A program made the position numbers and the translations under genes. Below, piece after piece: positions 23,308 to 37,700 of a DNA stretch of 64,000 bases. A model generated the notes under the pieces. That model did no database searches and had not been told where the DNA came from. It saw only the letters and a program-made list of their open reading frames with translations. Source of the DNA: Eledone cirrhosa (lineage: Eukaryota); the NCBI GenBank assembly GCA_964016885.1, contig CAXHJY010000275.1:124001-188000 (forward strand). The letters are read 5' to 3'. Numbering within the stretch: position 1 is the first letter of the stretch; each line of letters begins with the position of its first letter.

Positions 23308-24395
23308 CCCTTTAGCATTCGCATTAATTTTCAAACGTCATGCTTATCTGTTCACATTATTTTCAGTTAATTGTACTCAGGGTTATCAATTTTATTTGTT
23401 TGTAATTTTCTTAATTTTCTATGTGCAGGCTTGAAATTTTGTCAGATGTTTAAATATCAATAATTTACAATTATATAATTTTACCTGATTTTTTTGGGTC
23501 AAATTTGACTTTTATGGGCAGGTGAAATTAATTAATAGGGGCATCTGAAGTATCAACCAGGTGAAAATACTGGTTTAATTTTAAATACGTTGTTTTCAGC
23601 ATAATACTTGATATGTAAGAATCACTAAACCTTATATCAGCAATTCCACAGTCTTGGAAATTGTTTTATACCGAATATAATATTTACGGTAAAAAATGCT
23701 TGCATTTCCGCAGCATCTGTCAGTCGCCAAACAGATCGGGTTTTCCTTGATTTGAAATCTGTTGTTGGGCATATCGACTAGTCTCTTCTGCCACAACTTC
23801 GAAGAAAGTTTGTGGTAAAAACAAAAAGAAATAATCCAGTGCTTTAGCATCGGGAGCTAACGTGTGTTGTGGACCTGTAATTTGAATAAAATCAGGAACA
23901 TATATTAGTGTGGTATTTTTCAAGCACGATGCTGTAATATTTTCAATGGCGCCCTGGAGTCTCCTTCGTTTTCATTTTCAAAACAACAATCACCGTCAGA
24001 CGAAATTTCAGAAATATAAACATCAGATTCATTTGAAGATAAATCACTAATATTATCGTTTGTTTCTTGTTTATTCTGAATGTCGGCATGTGTAAAACCT
24101 TCAAAGTCGGTATCACTACTTTCATAAGCCATGTTGATACAAAAAAAAAAAATTTGTTGCACTTTCAAAGTTAAAAAACACTTGTTGTTTTAAGTTGTTT
24201 CACTATATTAAGTGTTAATTTTCGCGGTAAGAACCGAATCTCGCAGCAGTCTTGAATTGACGAGATTTTGATGATGGTTTGTTTATTTTTAGAACAACTT
24301 TTTTAGTGTGGGTATTTTCGGGCGATTTCGGGCGGTTTGAACAAATGAAGGGGAAATAATTTTGGGCGGTTTCGGGTGGTTTGAACACTAAAGGG
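23308..24395 (-). mobile_element. Internally deleted piggyBac (PGBD-like) transposon
   Basis: Ends CCCTTTAG / CTAAAGGG next to TTAA. Minus strand has an acidic N-terminus (MAYESSDTDFEGF..) and ALDYFFLFLPQTFFEVVAEETSRYAQQ, typical of piggyBac transposase N-termini. Subterminal repeats at 24318-24386. Confidence 0.82.
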
Positions 24396-25000
24396 TTAAA
24401 CTAGATATGTTGCTCACTCTGGCTCAAAACATTACCATTCATATCTTTCCTTACAGCATCATCTCACTGTTACTTTGTATATACCTGTCTCCCCAATCTC
24501 ATTTACTCATCTCTAAATAAAATCTCTCAACTCCTTTAGTCATATTCTGAGAGATTCTATGTTGTTGCTTCAACCCACCCCAGTTCCGAGGAAGCTGACC
24601 TATGATCATTTGCATTCCAGCCATGACCTATATGACTTATATTCAGTGTATCTAGGACTACATTATAAAATGTATCCTTTCTTTTCTAAGATAAAGTGTG
24701 TTATTTGAGGGATAGTTGGCTGTTATTTTTAGCAATAAAAATAAATGCTAATATGACAAGAATCTTTTGGTATATACTTTTGCCACAATGGGTAGCATCA
24801 GGTAATTTTACACAAGTAAACAACAAATTGTAACAACTACCTTCACTGTTCCACCTATGGCGACAACTTAGAACAGTTGTTATTTATCTCAAACACAAAT
24901 TAGAACTAAAACACCGTCTAATTTGTATAACATTTATTTGACAACATAATGAATTAATAAATATTTATACACAACACTCTTCTATGTATATTAGATTTAA

Positions 25001-26789
25001 CCCTTTAGCATTTAAACTGGTTGTATCTGGCCAGAATTCTCTCACCTCTTTCTCTTCAAACTGGCTGTAACCAGCTGCTCATACTGATGCTAAGGTATTG
25101 TTCTCAAAATAAATCATATCAAAATCTCATAGATTCAATATTATGTGAGGTAAAGCCATGAAAATATAATCTTTATATGTGTGTGTCTGTGTACAACTTT
25201 GCATACTTAAGGCTTTTACAATTACCAACTGAATTTGACCAAATTTTCTGTGCATGTTGCACAGGTCGCTAAGATTATCACATCACAAACATATTTCAAA
25301 TCGACCCACGTTGAGCAATAAAAAATCGATATCAAAATTATCGGTAGCAAAATTTATGTAAGGGTGATAACAACTTTATTGAAATCCTTATAAAAAAGGG
25401 AGATAACCAACTTTTCAGAAATATAAACATCACATTCATTTGAAGATAAATCACTAATATTATCGTTTGTTTCTTGTTTATTCTTTGTTGCACTTTCAAA
25501 GTTAAAAAAACACTTGTTGTTTTAACTTGTTTCACTATATTAAGTGTTAATTTTCGTGTTAAGGGTCTAATCTCGCAGCAGTCTCGAATTGACGAGATTT
25601 TGATGATGGTTTGTTTATTTTTAGAACAATCGTTATGGGACTTTCCATTCAAACCATTGGGACCTACAACTTTTACATTTTTTAAACTTTCATAAGCCAT
25701 GTTGATACAAAAAAAAAAATTTGTTGTACTTTCAAAGTTAACTGTAACGCTTCAATTCATACATTTTGACTTTACAACTTTTCACCAAATATGCCCCGTA
25801 AAAGAAAGTATGCACATATTGGCTATTGGTTGAAGAAAACAATGTGTGTAAATGACGCTCCGCCGATAACCGAAAATAGACAATCACTAAATGCGGTGAG
25901 TACAGTTATTGCAACATCTTTGTCCGCCGCTGAGCGTCGGTTAGTGTGGCGAACCAATAATGCTAAAGCAACTGCTGCAGCACGAGCTGCAGAGACTACA
26001 GAGCAACGTGAAACAAGCCTTGCTATGGATTAGCCTGACTGCATCAGGCGTGGATACTCCCTTCTCCTTTCGCCGAACCCAATTTCCCCTTCGTGTTGCC
26101 TTTGTGATGTCCATAAACAAGTTGCAAGGTCAAACTCTGTCCGTCGCTGGAATTCACTTGGATGAACCTTGCTTTTCGCACGGACAATTCTACGTTGTCT
26201 GCTCACGAGTTGGCAGTCGAGATAATCTCTTTGCGTTTGTTCCGAAAAGAAAAACAAAGAACATCGTCTATCCTGAAGTGCTTTAGTGTTAACAAAAATA
26301 CTTATTACAGCTCTGCCTTGACTTCACCTTACTCATTACAAAACATACCAATGAATATGTCATGCAGGATATTTTGGATTATAAGTTAAAAATTTAACCA
26401 TACACAGCAAAGGATGCTCTCAAAGAATAGATTTTCTCTTATTCTACTCTCATTGTTTTTTTTGTTTGTATACAACTCTGCTTTCATTACAACTTTTTGT
26501 ACTTTAGCAAAACTGCCTGTTTTTTTACAGATTTGCAACGTGTATTGTCTTTAATCATTTGTATAACTACATCCTGTTCAGTGTTTTCCTTCATTATCAG
26601 CATAGTTTTATGTGTACAAAGATTGCACTAAATATTTGTTTGCATTAATTATTGAAGACTTCTGCTTATTTTGACAGGTTGGGGACAAATAATGTTCTTT
26701 TTTTTACTTCCTAGCTGTATATTCTTAGCATAATTTCAAACCCCGAGCAACGGCGGGTAAATCTGCTAGTAGTAAATATAGAGTAAGGG
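25001..26789. mobile_element. piggyBac-type MITE split by a Helitron
   Basis: TTAA-CCCTTTAGCATTT at the left end; MITE sequence resumes TAGTAAATATAGAGTAA at 26770. Confidence 0.8.
25170..26769 (+). mobile_element. Non-autonomous Helitron with both termini (RepHel deletion derivative)
   Basis: A|TC 5' end; CCCGAGCAACGGCGGG hairpin and CTAG|T 3' end; no TSD. RepHel-like N-terminus (MPRKRK..RAAETTEQRE) abuts the helicase C-terminus (RRTQFPLRVAFVMSINKLQGQT..NIVYPEVL). Confidence 0.9.
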
Positions 26790-27290
26790 TTATGGTAAAT
26801 TTTCTTGTAGATATAAGTTTTCTTTTTAAATTGTAGGCTCTGCAGTGAAAATGAACAAGTGTAAACATTTATTTATCCTGTATATTCACAACAAAAAAAA
26901 TTGATATGCATGATTGCTTTTATACATTTCACCCTTTTGTTCATTGCAAGACAACTACCCTTACATGGATGAATAATAGCCAATTAGGTAAAAATGTGTA
27001 AAGGTACTCCTTTATGTTTTATTGTGTATGAAAAGAACAACAAATGAATATATTTACACTGGTTCACTTTCACAGCAAAGCTTATCATTTTAAAAAAAGT
27101 TGTTGTTATATCAACACTTTATTCTGTGTTGGGCATAAATATTTATTATTTAATTAATTATGTTGCCAAATACATTTACATTATGAAAATTAGGCTGACC
27201 ATTTTTCTATGTTCAGAGTGATTAACAAGAGTGTATTTACACTTGTTTGTTTTTTCAGCGAGTTTTATGATTGAAAACAAGACTAGATAT

Positions 27291-27628
27291 ATCATCATCA
27301 TCATCATTTTACGTCTGCTTTTCCCAGCTTGCAAGGGTGGGATGGGAACTGATTCTGGCTTGATTTCTACAGCTGGATGCCCTTCCTAACACCAACCTCA
27401 TTTACAGTGAGTGCTGGGTGATTCTTTTCTGTGACACCTACACGTCCACTTTGCAGTGGAATGATGGGGACCCCAGTCCTAACATCTCATTTCTACAGCT
27501 GAGTAAACTGGAGCAATGTGAAATAAAGTGTCTTGCTCAAGGAAATAACACATCACCCGGTCTGAGAATTGAACTCACAACCTTTCGATTGCAAGCCCAA
27601 TGCTCTAACCACTAAACCATGTGCTTCC
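27291..27628 (-). mobile_element. tRNA/CORE SINE with RTE-derived tail
   Basis: Reverse complement of 1824-2175, from head to (GAT)n tail. Confidence 0.87.
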
Positions 27629-27659
27629 ATATAATCTATATAAATATTATTGTAGATTT

Positions 27660-28000
27660 TCTAATAGGAGCACATTTTAATATGTAATGTATGTATGGTC
27701 CTGTAACTCCTAAGGGTGTTGTAGGGGGGTGTATTGAGATACATTGTTTCTAGAGCATTTTTAAAACCTAGCAGAGCACCTCCAGGCCTGAATATAGCAG
27801 ATTTCATCCAGAGAAGAATAGAGAGTGAGAGAATGGAAGTGAAAAATAGATATAGAGGAAGAATCAACCTCAATACTAAACTGGTACTTTTTTTTATCAA
27901 CCTTGAATGGATGAAAGGCAAAGTTGACCTCAGAGAGCTGAAACAAATACTGCAAATCTCTCTGTCCGACCTTCTAACAACTCTACTAATTCACCACCTC
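27660..28000 (-). mobile_element. SINE (Nin-like motif family)
   Basis: Paralogous to 16335-16630 and 8535-8745. Confidence 0.72.
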
Positions 28001-28190
28001 ATGTTTTAATATAAAACCGATTAAATGTTTATAAAATTAATTTAATAATACATTAATCAATATATATTTCTATTCTCCACTACAGAAGTTAAATCTTTAA
28101 TTCCTCAGTTAAGATATCTTGCTCAACATAAACATGTATACATGTCTTCACAACTGAATTTTTCAGTTTTCAACCATTTTATATTCTTGA

Positions 28191-28407
28191 TCCTTTAGCA
28201 TTTAAACCGGTCGTATCCAGCCAGGATTCTCTCATTCTTTCTGTTCAAACTGGCCATAACCGGCCACTCATACTTATGTTAAGGTATTGTTCTCAAAATA
28301 AATAACAAAATCTCATAGATTTGATATTATGTGAGATAATTATGTGCAGTAAAGCATTTACAATTAGAATATAATAGTAAATATAGAGTAATGGAAATGC
28401 TAAAGGG
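28191..28407. mobile_element. piggyBac-type MITE, uninterrupted copy
   Basis: CCTTTAGCATTT / AAATGCTAAAGGG-TTAA TIRs; body matches the copies at 19416 and 25001. Confidence 0.82.
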
Positions 28408-28462
28408 TTAAACAGCTCCTATTTTTCATTTTTATTATATTTTCATTTTGCTGTATTTTCAG

Positions 28463-28524
28463 GGTTTTTGGTTTCACTATTGAAGAAGATATGGAAAATG
28501 AAGTTACCCAGAATGATGATCTCG
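28463..28524 (+). CDS. SUCO: SUCO-like exon (end of SUN domain)
   Basis: tttcAG/GTAAAA; CG+G=R. Encodes VFGFTIEEDMENEVTQNDDL and completes the HFCP..RVFG SUN signature. Confidence 0.88.
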
Positions 28525-28649
28525 GTAAAACAAATTAACCATTTTTATTTTTTTTTTATTTCGTGGTTTAGTCAGGAGGTGGAGAAGTCCCTTCCAGTGA
28601 GGTTGGTGATGTTTATATTGACCAGGTTTAATTAGGATAGAATGGTCTT

Positions 28650-28724
28650 TTCTAGATTGGTCAGATTGGTGTTGTGGGATGTTGTCCCCTACTAGACTGG
28701 TCAGTAGTGTTGTGAGATGTTGTC
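28650..28724. repeat. About 2 units of the 38-bp satellite, left of the 45-bp array
   Basis: GTGTTGTGGGATGTTGTCCCCTACTAGACTGGTCAGTAGTGTTGTG matches the array starting at 41911. Confidence 0.9.
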
Positions 28725-31700
28725 CCTAGACAGACTGCCGCACACGGCTGACATCAGAGTGATCCTTCCCCTAGACAGACTGCCACACATGGCTGACATC
28801 AGAGTGACCCTTCCCCTAGACAGACTTCCGCACACGGCTGACATCAGAGTGATCCTTCCCCTAGACAGACTACCACACATGGCTGACATCAGAGTGATCC
28901 TTCCAGTAGACAGACTACCAAACATGGCTGACATCAGAGTGATCCTTCCCCTAGACAGACTACCACACATGGCTGACATCAGAGTGATCCTTCCAGTAGA
29001 CAGACTACCACAGAGGGCTGACATCAGAATGACCCTTCCCCTAGATAGACTACCACACAGGGCTGACATCAGAGTGACCCTTCCCCTAGACAGACTACCA
29101 CACTTGGCTGACATCAGAGTGATCCTTCCTCTAGACAGACTACCACACATGGCTGACATCAGAATGATCCTTCCCCTAAACAGACTGCCACACTTAGCTG
29201 ACATCAGAGTGATCTTTCCCCTAGACAGACTACCACACTTAGCTGACATCAGAGTGATCTTTCCCCTAGACAGACTGCCACACACGGCTGACATCAGAGT
29301 GATCTTTCCCCTACACAGACTACCACACTTGGCTGACATCAGAGTGATCCTTCCTCTAGACAGACTACCACACATGGCTGACATCAGAATGATCCTTCCC
29401 CTAGACAGACTGCCACACTTAGCTGACATCAGAGTGATCTTTCCCCTAGACAGACTACCACACTTGGCTGACATCAGAGTGATCCTTCCCCTAGACAGAC
29501 TGCCACACACGGCTGACATCAGAGTGATCTTTCCCCTAGACAGACTACCACACACGGCTGACATCAGAGTGATCCTTCCCCTAGACAGACTACCACACTT
29601 AGCTGACATCAGAGTGATCTTTCCCCTACACAGACTACCACACTTGGCTGACATCAGAGTGATCATTCCTCTAGACAGACTACCACACATGGCTGACATC
29701 AGAATGATCCTTCCCCTAGACAGACTGCCACACTTAGCTGACATCAGAGTGATCTTTCCCCTAGACAGACTACCACACTTGGCTGACATCAGAGTGATCC
29801 TTCCCCTAGACAGACTGCCACACACGGCTGACATCAGAGTGATCTTTCCCCTAGACAGACTGCCACACACGGCTGACATCAGAGTGATCCTTCCCCTAGA
29901 CAGACTACCACACTTAGCTGACATCAGAGTGATCTTTCCCCTACACAGACTACCACACTTGGCTGACATCAGAGTGATCCTTCCCCTAGACAGACTGCCA
30001 CACACGGCTGACATCAGAGTGATCTTTCCCCTAGACAGACTACCACACTTGGCTGACATCAGAGTGATCCTTCCCCTAGACAGACTGCCACACACGGCTG
30101 ACATCAGAGTGATCTTTCCCCTAGACAGACTACCACACACGGCTGACATCAGAGTGATCTTTCCCCTAGACAGACTACCACACTTAGCTGACATCAGAGT
30201 GATCTTTCCCCTAGACAGACTGCCACACATGGCTGACATCAGAGTGATTCTTCCCCTAGACAGACTGCCACACACGGCTGACATCAGAATGATCCTTCCC
30301 CTAGACAGACTGCCACACACGGCTGACATCAGAGTGATCCTTCCCCTAGACAGACTGCCACACACGGCTGACATCAGAGTGATCTTTCCCCTAGACAGAC
30401 TGCCACACACGGCTGACATCAGAGTGATCCTTCCCCTAGACAGACTGCCACACACGGCTGACATCAGAGTGATCTTTCCCCTAGACAGACTACCACACAC
30501 GGCTGACATCAGAGTGATCTTTCCCCTAGACAGACTGCCACACTTAGCTGACATCAGAATGATCCTTCCCCTAGACAGACTGCCACACATGGCTGACATC
30601 AGAGTGATTCTTCCCCTAGACAGACTGCCACACACGGCTGACATCAGAATGATCCTTCCCCTAGACAGACTGCCACACACGGCTGACATCAGAGTGATCC
30701 TTCCTCTAGACAGACTACCACACACAGCTGACATCAGAGTGATCCTTCCCCTAGACAGACTACCACACACGGCTGACATCAGAGTGATCCTTCCTCTAGA
30801 CAGACAACCACACACGGCTGACATCAGAGTAACCCTTCCCCTAGACAGACTACCACACACGGCTGACATCAGAGTGATCCTTCCTCTAGACAGACAACCA
30901 CACACGGCTGACATCCGAGTGATCCTTCCCCTAGACAGACTACCACACACGGCTGACATCAGAGTGACCCTTCCCCTAGACAGACTACCACACACGGCTG
31001 ACATGAGAGTGATCCTTCCCCTAGACAGACTGCCACACACGGCTGACATCAGAGTGATCCTTCCCCTAGACAGACTGCCACACATGGCTGACATCAGAGT
31101 GATCCTTCCCCTAGACAGACTGCCACACACGGCTGACATCAGAGTAACCCTTCCCCTAGACAGACTACCACACACGGCTGACATCAGAGTGACCCTTCCC
31201 CTAGACAGACTACCACACACGGCTGACATCAGAGTGATCCTTCCCCTAGACAGACTGCCACACATGGCTGACATCAGAGTGACCCTTTCCCTAGACAGAC
31301 TGCCAGACATGGCTGACATCAGAGTGACCCGTCCCCTAAACAGACTACCACACACGGCTGACATCAGAGTGATTCTTCCCCTAGACAAACTACCACACAC
31401 GGCTGACATCAGAGTGATCCTTCCCCTAGACAGACTACCACACACGGCTGACATCAGAGTGATCCTTCCCCTAGACAGACTACCACACACGGATGACATC
31501 AGAGTGATCCTTCCCTTAGACAGACTACCACACACGGCTGACATCAGAGTGACCCTTCCCCTAGACAGACTACCACACACGGCTGACATCAGAGTGATCC
31601 TTCCCCTAGACAGACTGCCAGACATGGCTGACATCAGAGTGACCCGTCCCCTAAACAGACTGCCGCACACGGCTGACATCAGAGTGATCCTTCCCCTAGA

Positions 31701-34700
31701 CAGACTACCACACATGGCTGACATCAGAGGGATCCTTCCAGTAGACAGACTACCACACAGGGCTGACATCAGAGTGACCCTTCCCCTAGACAGACTACCA
31801 CACATGGCTGACATCAGAATGATCCTTCCTCTAGACAGACTGCCACACATGGCTGACATCAGAGTGATTCTTCCCCTAGACAGACTGCCACACATGGCTG
31901 ATATCAGAGTGATCTTTCCCCTAGACAGACTGCCACACACGGCTGACATCAGAATGACCCTTCCCCTAGACAGACTGCCACACTTAGCTGACATCAGAGT
32001 GACCCTTCCCCTATACAGACTGCCACACATGGCTGACATCAGAATGATCCTTCCTCTAGACAGACTGCCACACATGGCTGACATCAGAGTGATTCTTCCC
32101 CTAGACAGACTGCCACACATGGCTGACATCAGAGTGATTCTTCCCCTAGACAGACTGCCACACACGGCTGACATCAGAATGACCCTACCCCTAGACAGAC
32201 TGCCACACTTAGCTGACATCAGAGTGACCCTTCCCCTATACAGACTGCCACACATGGCTGACATCAGAATGATCCTTCCTCTAGACAGACTGCCACACAT
32301 GGCTGACATCAGAGTGATTCTTCCCCTAGACAGACTGCCACACACGGCTGACATCAGAGTGCTCCTTTCCCTAGACAGACTGCCACACACGGCTGACATC
32401 AGAGTGATTCTTCCCCTAGACAGACTGCCACACATGGCTGACATCAGAGTGATCTTTCCGCTAGACAGACTGCCACACTTAGATGACATCAGAGTGATCC
32501 TTCCCCTAGACAGACTACCACACAGGGCTGACATCAGAGTGATCCTTCCCCTAGACAGACTGCCGCACATGGCTGACATCAGAGTGATCCTTCCCCTAGA
32601 CAGACTACCACACATGGCTGACATCAGAGTGATCCTTCCCCTAGACAGACTGCCACACACGGCTGACATCAGAGTGATCTTTCCCCTAGACAGACTACCA
32701 CACATGGCTGACATCAGAGTGATCTTTCCCTAGACAGACTACCACACATGGCTGACATCAGAGTGCTCCTTCCCCTAGACAGACTACCACACATGGCTGA
32801 CATCAGAGTGATCTTTCCCTAGACAGACTACCACACACGGCTGACATCAGAGTGATCCTTCCCCTAGACAGACAACCACACATGGCTGACATCAGAGTGA
32901 TCCTTCCCCTAGACAGACTACCACACATGGCTGACATCAGAGTGCTCCTTCCCCTAGACAGACTGCCACACACGGCTGACATCAGAGTGATCCTTCCCCT
33001 AGACAGACTGCCACACATGGCTGACATCAGAGTGCTCCTTTCCCTAGACAGACTACCACACATGGCTGACATCAGAGTGCTCCTTCCCCTAGACAGAATA
33101 CCACACATGGCTGACATCAGAGTGATCCTTCCCCTAGACAGACTGCCACACATGACTGACATCGGAGTGATCCTTCCCCTAGACAGACTACCACACTTGG
33201 CTGACATCAGAGTGATTCTTCCCCTAGACAGACTAACACGCACGGCTGACATCAGAGTGATCCTTCCACTAGACAGACTGCCACACATGGCTGACGTCAG
33301 AGTGATCCTTCCCCTAGACAGACTGCCACACATGGCTGACATCAGAGTGATCCTTCCCCTAGACAGACTACCACACACGGCTGACATCAGAGTGATCCTT
33401 CCCCTAGACAGACTACCACACTTGGCTGACATCAGAGTAACCCTTCCCCTAGACAGACTACCACACAGGGCTGACATCAGAGTGATCCTTCCTCTAGACA
33501 GACTGCCACACATGGCTGACATCAGAGTGATCCTTCCCCTAGACAGACTGCCACACACGGCTGACATCAGAGTGATCCTTCCCCTAGACAGACTGCCACA
33601 CATGGCTGACATCAGAGTGATCCTTCCCCTAGACAGACTGCCACACACGGCTGACATCAGAATGATCCTTCCCCTAGACAGACTGCCACACATGGCTGAC
33701 ATCAGAGTGATTCTTCCCCTAGACAGACTGCCACACACGGCTGACATCAGAATAATCCTTCCCCTAGACAGAGTGCCACACAGGGCTGACATCAGAGTGA
33801 TCCTTCCTCTAGACAGACTACCACACACGGCTGACATCAGAGTGATCTTTCCCCTAGACAGACTACCACGCACGGCTGACATCAGAGTGACCCTTCCCCT
33901 AGACAGACTACCACACATGGTTGACATCAGAGTGATCCTTCCCCTAGACAGACTGCCACACATGGCTTACATCAGAGTGATCCTTCCCCTAGACATGCTA
34001 CCACGCACGGCTGACATCAGAGTGATCCTTCCTCTAGACATACTACCACGCACGGCTGACATCAGAGTGATCTTTCCTCTAGACAGACTACCACGCACGG
34101 CTGACATCAGAGTGATTCTTCCCCTAGACAGACTGCCACACATGGCTGACATCAGAGTGATGCTTCCCCTAGACAGACTACCACACATGGCTGACATCAG
34201 AGTGATTCTTCCCCTAGACAGACTGCCACACATGGCTGACATCAGAGTGATTCTTCCCCTAGACAGACTGCCACACATGGCTGACATCAGAGTGATGCTT
34301 CCCCTAGACAGACTAACACACACGGCTGACATCAGAGTGATCCTTCCACTAGACAGACTGCCACACATGGCTGACATCAGAGTGATCATTCCTCTAGACA
34401 GACTACCACACACGGCTGACATCAGAGTGATCATTCCTCTAGACAGACTACCACACATGGCTGACATCAGAGTGATGCTTCCCCTAGACAGACTGCCACA
34501 CATGGCTGACATCAGAGTGATGCTTCCCCTAGACAGACTACCACACATGGCTGACATCAGAGTGATCCTTCCCCTAGACAGACTGCCACACACGGCTGAC
34601 ATCAGAGTGATCATTCCTCTAGACAGACTACCACGCATGGCTGACATCAGAGTGATCCTTCCCCTAGACAGACTACCACGCATGGCTGACATCAGAGTGA

Positions 34701-37700
34701 TCCTTCCCCTAGACAGACTGCCACACATGGCTGACATCAGGGTGACCCTTCCCCTAGACAGACTACCACACGCGGCTGACATCAGAGTGATCATTCCTCT
34801 AGACAGACTACCACACATGGCTGACATCAGAGTGATCCTTCCCCTAGACAGACTGCCACACACGGCTGACATCAGAGTGATCATTCCTCTAGACAGACTA
34901 CCACGCATGGCTGACATCAGAGTGATCCTTCCCCTAGACAGACTACCACGCATGGCTGACATCAGAGTGATCCTTCCCCTAGACAGACTGCCACACATGG
35001 CTGACATCAGGTGACCCTTCCCCTAGACAGACTACCACACGCGGCTGACATCAGAGTGATCATTCCTCTAGACAGACTACCACACATGGCTGACATCAGA
35101 GTGATCCTTCCCCTAGACAGACTGCCACACATGGCTGACATCAGAGTGATCCTTCCCCTAGACAGACTGCCACACATGGCTGACATCAGAGTGATCCTTC
35201 CCCTAGACAGACTACCACACATGGCTGACATCAGAATGATCCTTCCTCTAGACAGACTGCCACACATGGCTGACATCAGAGTGATTCTTCCCCTAGACAG
35301 ACTGCCACACATGGCTGATATCAGAGTGATCTTTCCCCTAGACAGACTGCCACACACGGCTGACATCAGAATGACCCTTCCCCTAGACAGACTGCCACAC
35401 TTAGCTGACATCAGAGTGACCCTTCCCCTATACAGACTGCCACACATGGCTGACATCAGAATGATCCTTCCTCTAGACAGACTGCCACACATGGCTGACA
35501 TCAGAGTGATTCTTCCCCTAGACAGACTGCCACACATGGCTGACATCAGAGTGATTCTTCCCCTAGACAGACTGCCACACACGGCTGACATCAGAATGAC
35601 CCTACCCCTAGACAGACTGCCACACTTAGCTGACATCAGAGTGACCCTTCCCCTATACAGACTGCCACACATGGCTGACATCAGAATGATCCTTCCTCTA
35701 GACAGACTGCCACACATGGCTGACATCAGAGTGATTCTTCCCCTAGACAGACTGCCACACACGGCTGACATCAGAGTGCTCCTTTCCCTAGACAGACTGC
35801 CACACACGGCTGACATCAGAGTGATTCTTCCCCTAGACAGACTGCCACACATGGCTGACATCAGAGTGATCTTTCCGCTAGACAGACTGCCACACTTAGA
35901 TGACATCAGAGTGATCCTTCCCCTAGACAGACTACCACACAGGGCTGACATCAGAGTGATCCTTCCCCTAGACAGACTGCCGCACATGGCTGACATCAGA
36001 GTGATCCTTCCCCTAGACAGACTACCACACATGGCTGACATCAGAGTGATCCTTCCCCTAGACAGACTGCCACACACGGCTGACATCAGAGTGATCTTTC
36101 CCCTAGACAGACTACCACACATGGCTGACATCAGAGTGATCTTTCCCTAGACAGACTACCACACATGGCTGACATCAGAGTGCTCCTTCCCCTAGACAGA
36201 CTACCACACATGGCTGACATCAGAGTGATCTTTCCCTAGACAGACTACCACACACGGCTGACATCAGAGTGATCCTTCCCCTAGACAGACAACCACACAT
36301 GGCTGACATCAGAGTGATCCTTCCCCTAGACAGACTACCACACATGGCTGACATCAGAGTGCTCCTTCCCCTAGACAGACTGCCACACACGGCTGACATC
36401 AGAGTGATCCTTCCCCTAGACAGACTGCCACACATGGCTGACATCAGAGTGCTCCTTTCCCTAGACAGACTACCACACATGGCTGACATCAGAGTGCTCC
36501 TTCCCCTAGACAGAATACCACACATGGCTGACATCAGAGTGATCCTTCCCCTAGACAGACTGCCACACATGACTGACATCGGAGTGATCCTTCCCCTAGA
36601 CAGACTACCACACTTGGCTGACATCAGAGTGATTCTTCCCCTAGACAGACTAACACGCACGGCTGACATCAGAGTGATCCTTCCACTAGACAGACTGCCA
36701 CACATGGCTGACGTCAGAGTGATCCTTCCCCTAGACAGACTGCCACACATGGCTGACATCAGAGTGATCCTTCCCCTAGACAGACTACCACACACGGCTG
36801 ACATCAGAGTGATCCTTCCCCTAGACAGACTACCACACTTGGCTGACATCAGAGTAACCCTTCCCCTAGACAGACTACCACACAGGGCTGACATCAGAGT
36901 GATCCTTCCTCTAGACAGACTGCCACACATGGCTGACATCAGAGTGATCCTTCCCCTAGACAGACTGCCACACACGGCTGACATCAGAGTGATCCTTCCC
37001 CTAGACAGACTGCCACACATGGCTGACATCAGAGTGATCCTTCCCCTAGACAGACTGCCACACACGGCTGACATCAGAATGATCCTTCCCCTAGACAGAC
37101 TGCCACACATGGCTGACATCAGAGTGATTCTTCCCCTAGACAGACTGCCACACACGGCTGACATCAGAATAATCCTTCCCCTAGACAGAGTGCCACACAG
37201 GGCTGACATCAGAGTGATCCTTCCTCTAGACAGACTACCACACACGGCTGACATCAGAGTGATCTTTCCCCTAGACAGACTACCACGCACGGCTGACATC
37301 AGAGTGACCCTTCCCCTAGACAGACTACCACACATGGTTGACATCAGAGTGATCCTTCCCCTAGACAGACTGCCACACATGGCTTACATCAGAGTGATCC
37401 TTCCCCTAGACATGCTACCACGCACGGCTGACATCAGAGTGATCCTTCCTCTAGACATACTACCACGCACGGCTGACATCAGAGTGATCTTTCCTCTAGA
37501 CAGACTACCACGCACGGCTGACATCAGAGTGATTCTTCCCCTAGACAGACTGCCACACATGGCTGACATCAGAGTGATGCTTCCCCTAGACAGACTACCA
37601 CACATGGCTGACATCAGAGTGATTCTTCCCCTAGACAGACTGCCACACATGGCTGACATCAGAGTGATTCTTCCCCTAGACAGACTGCCACACATGGCTG

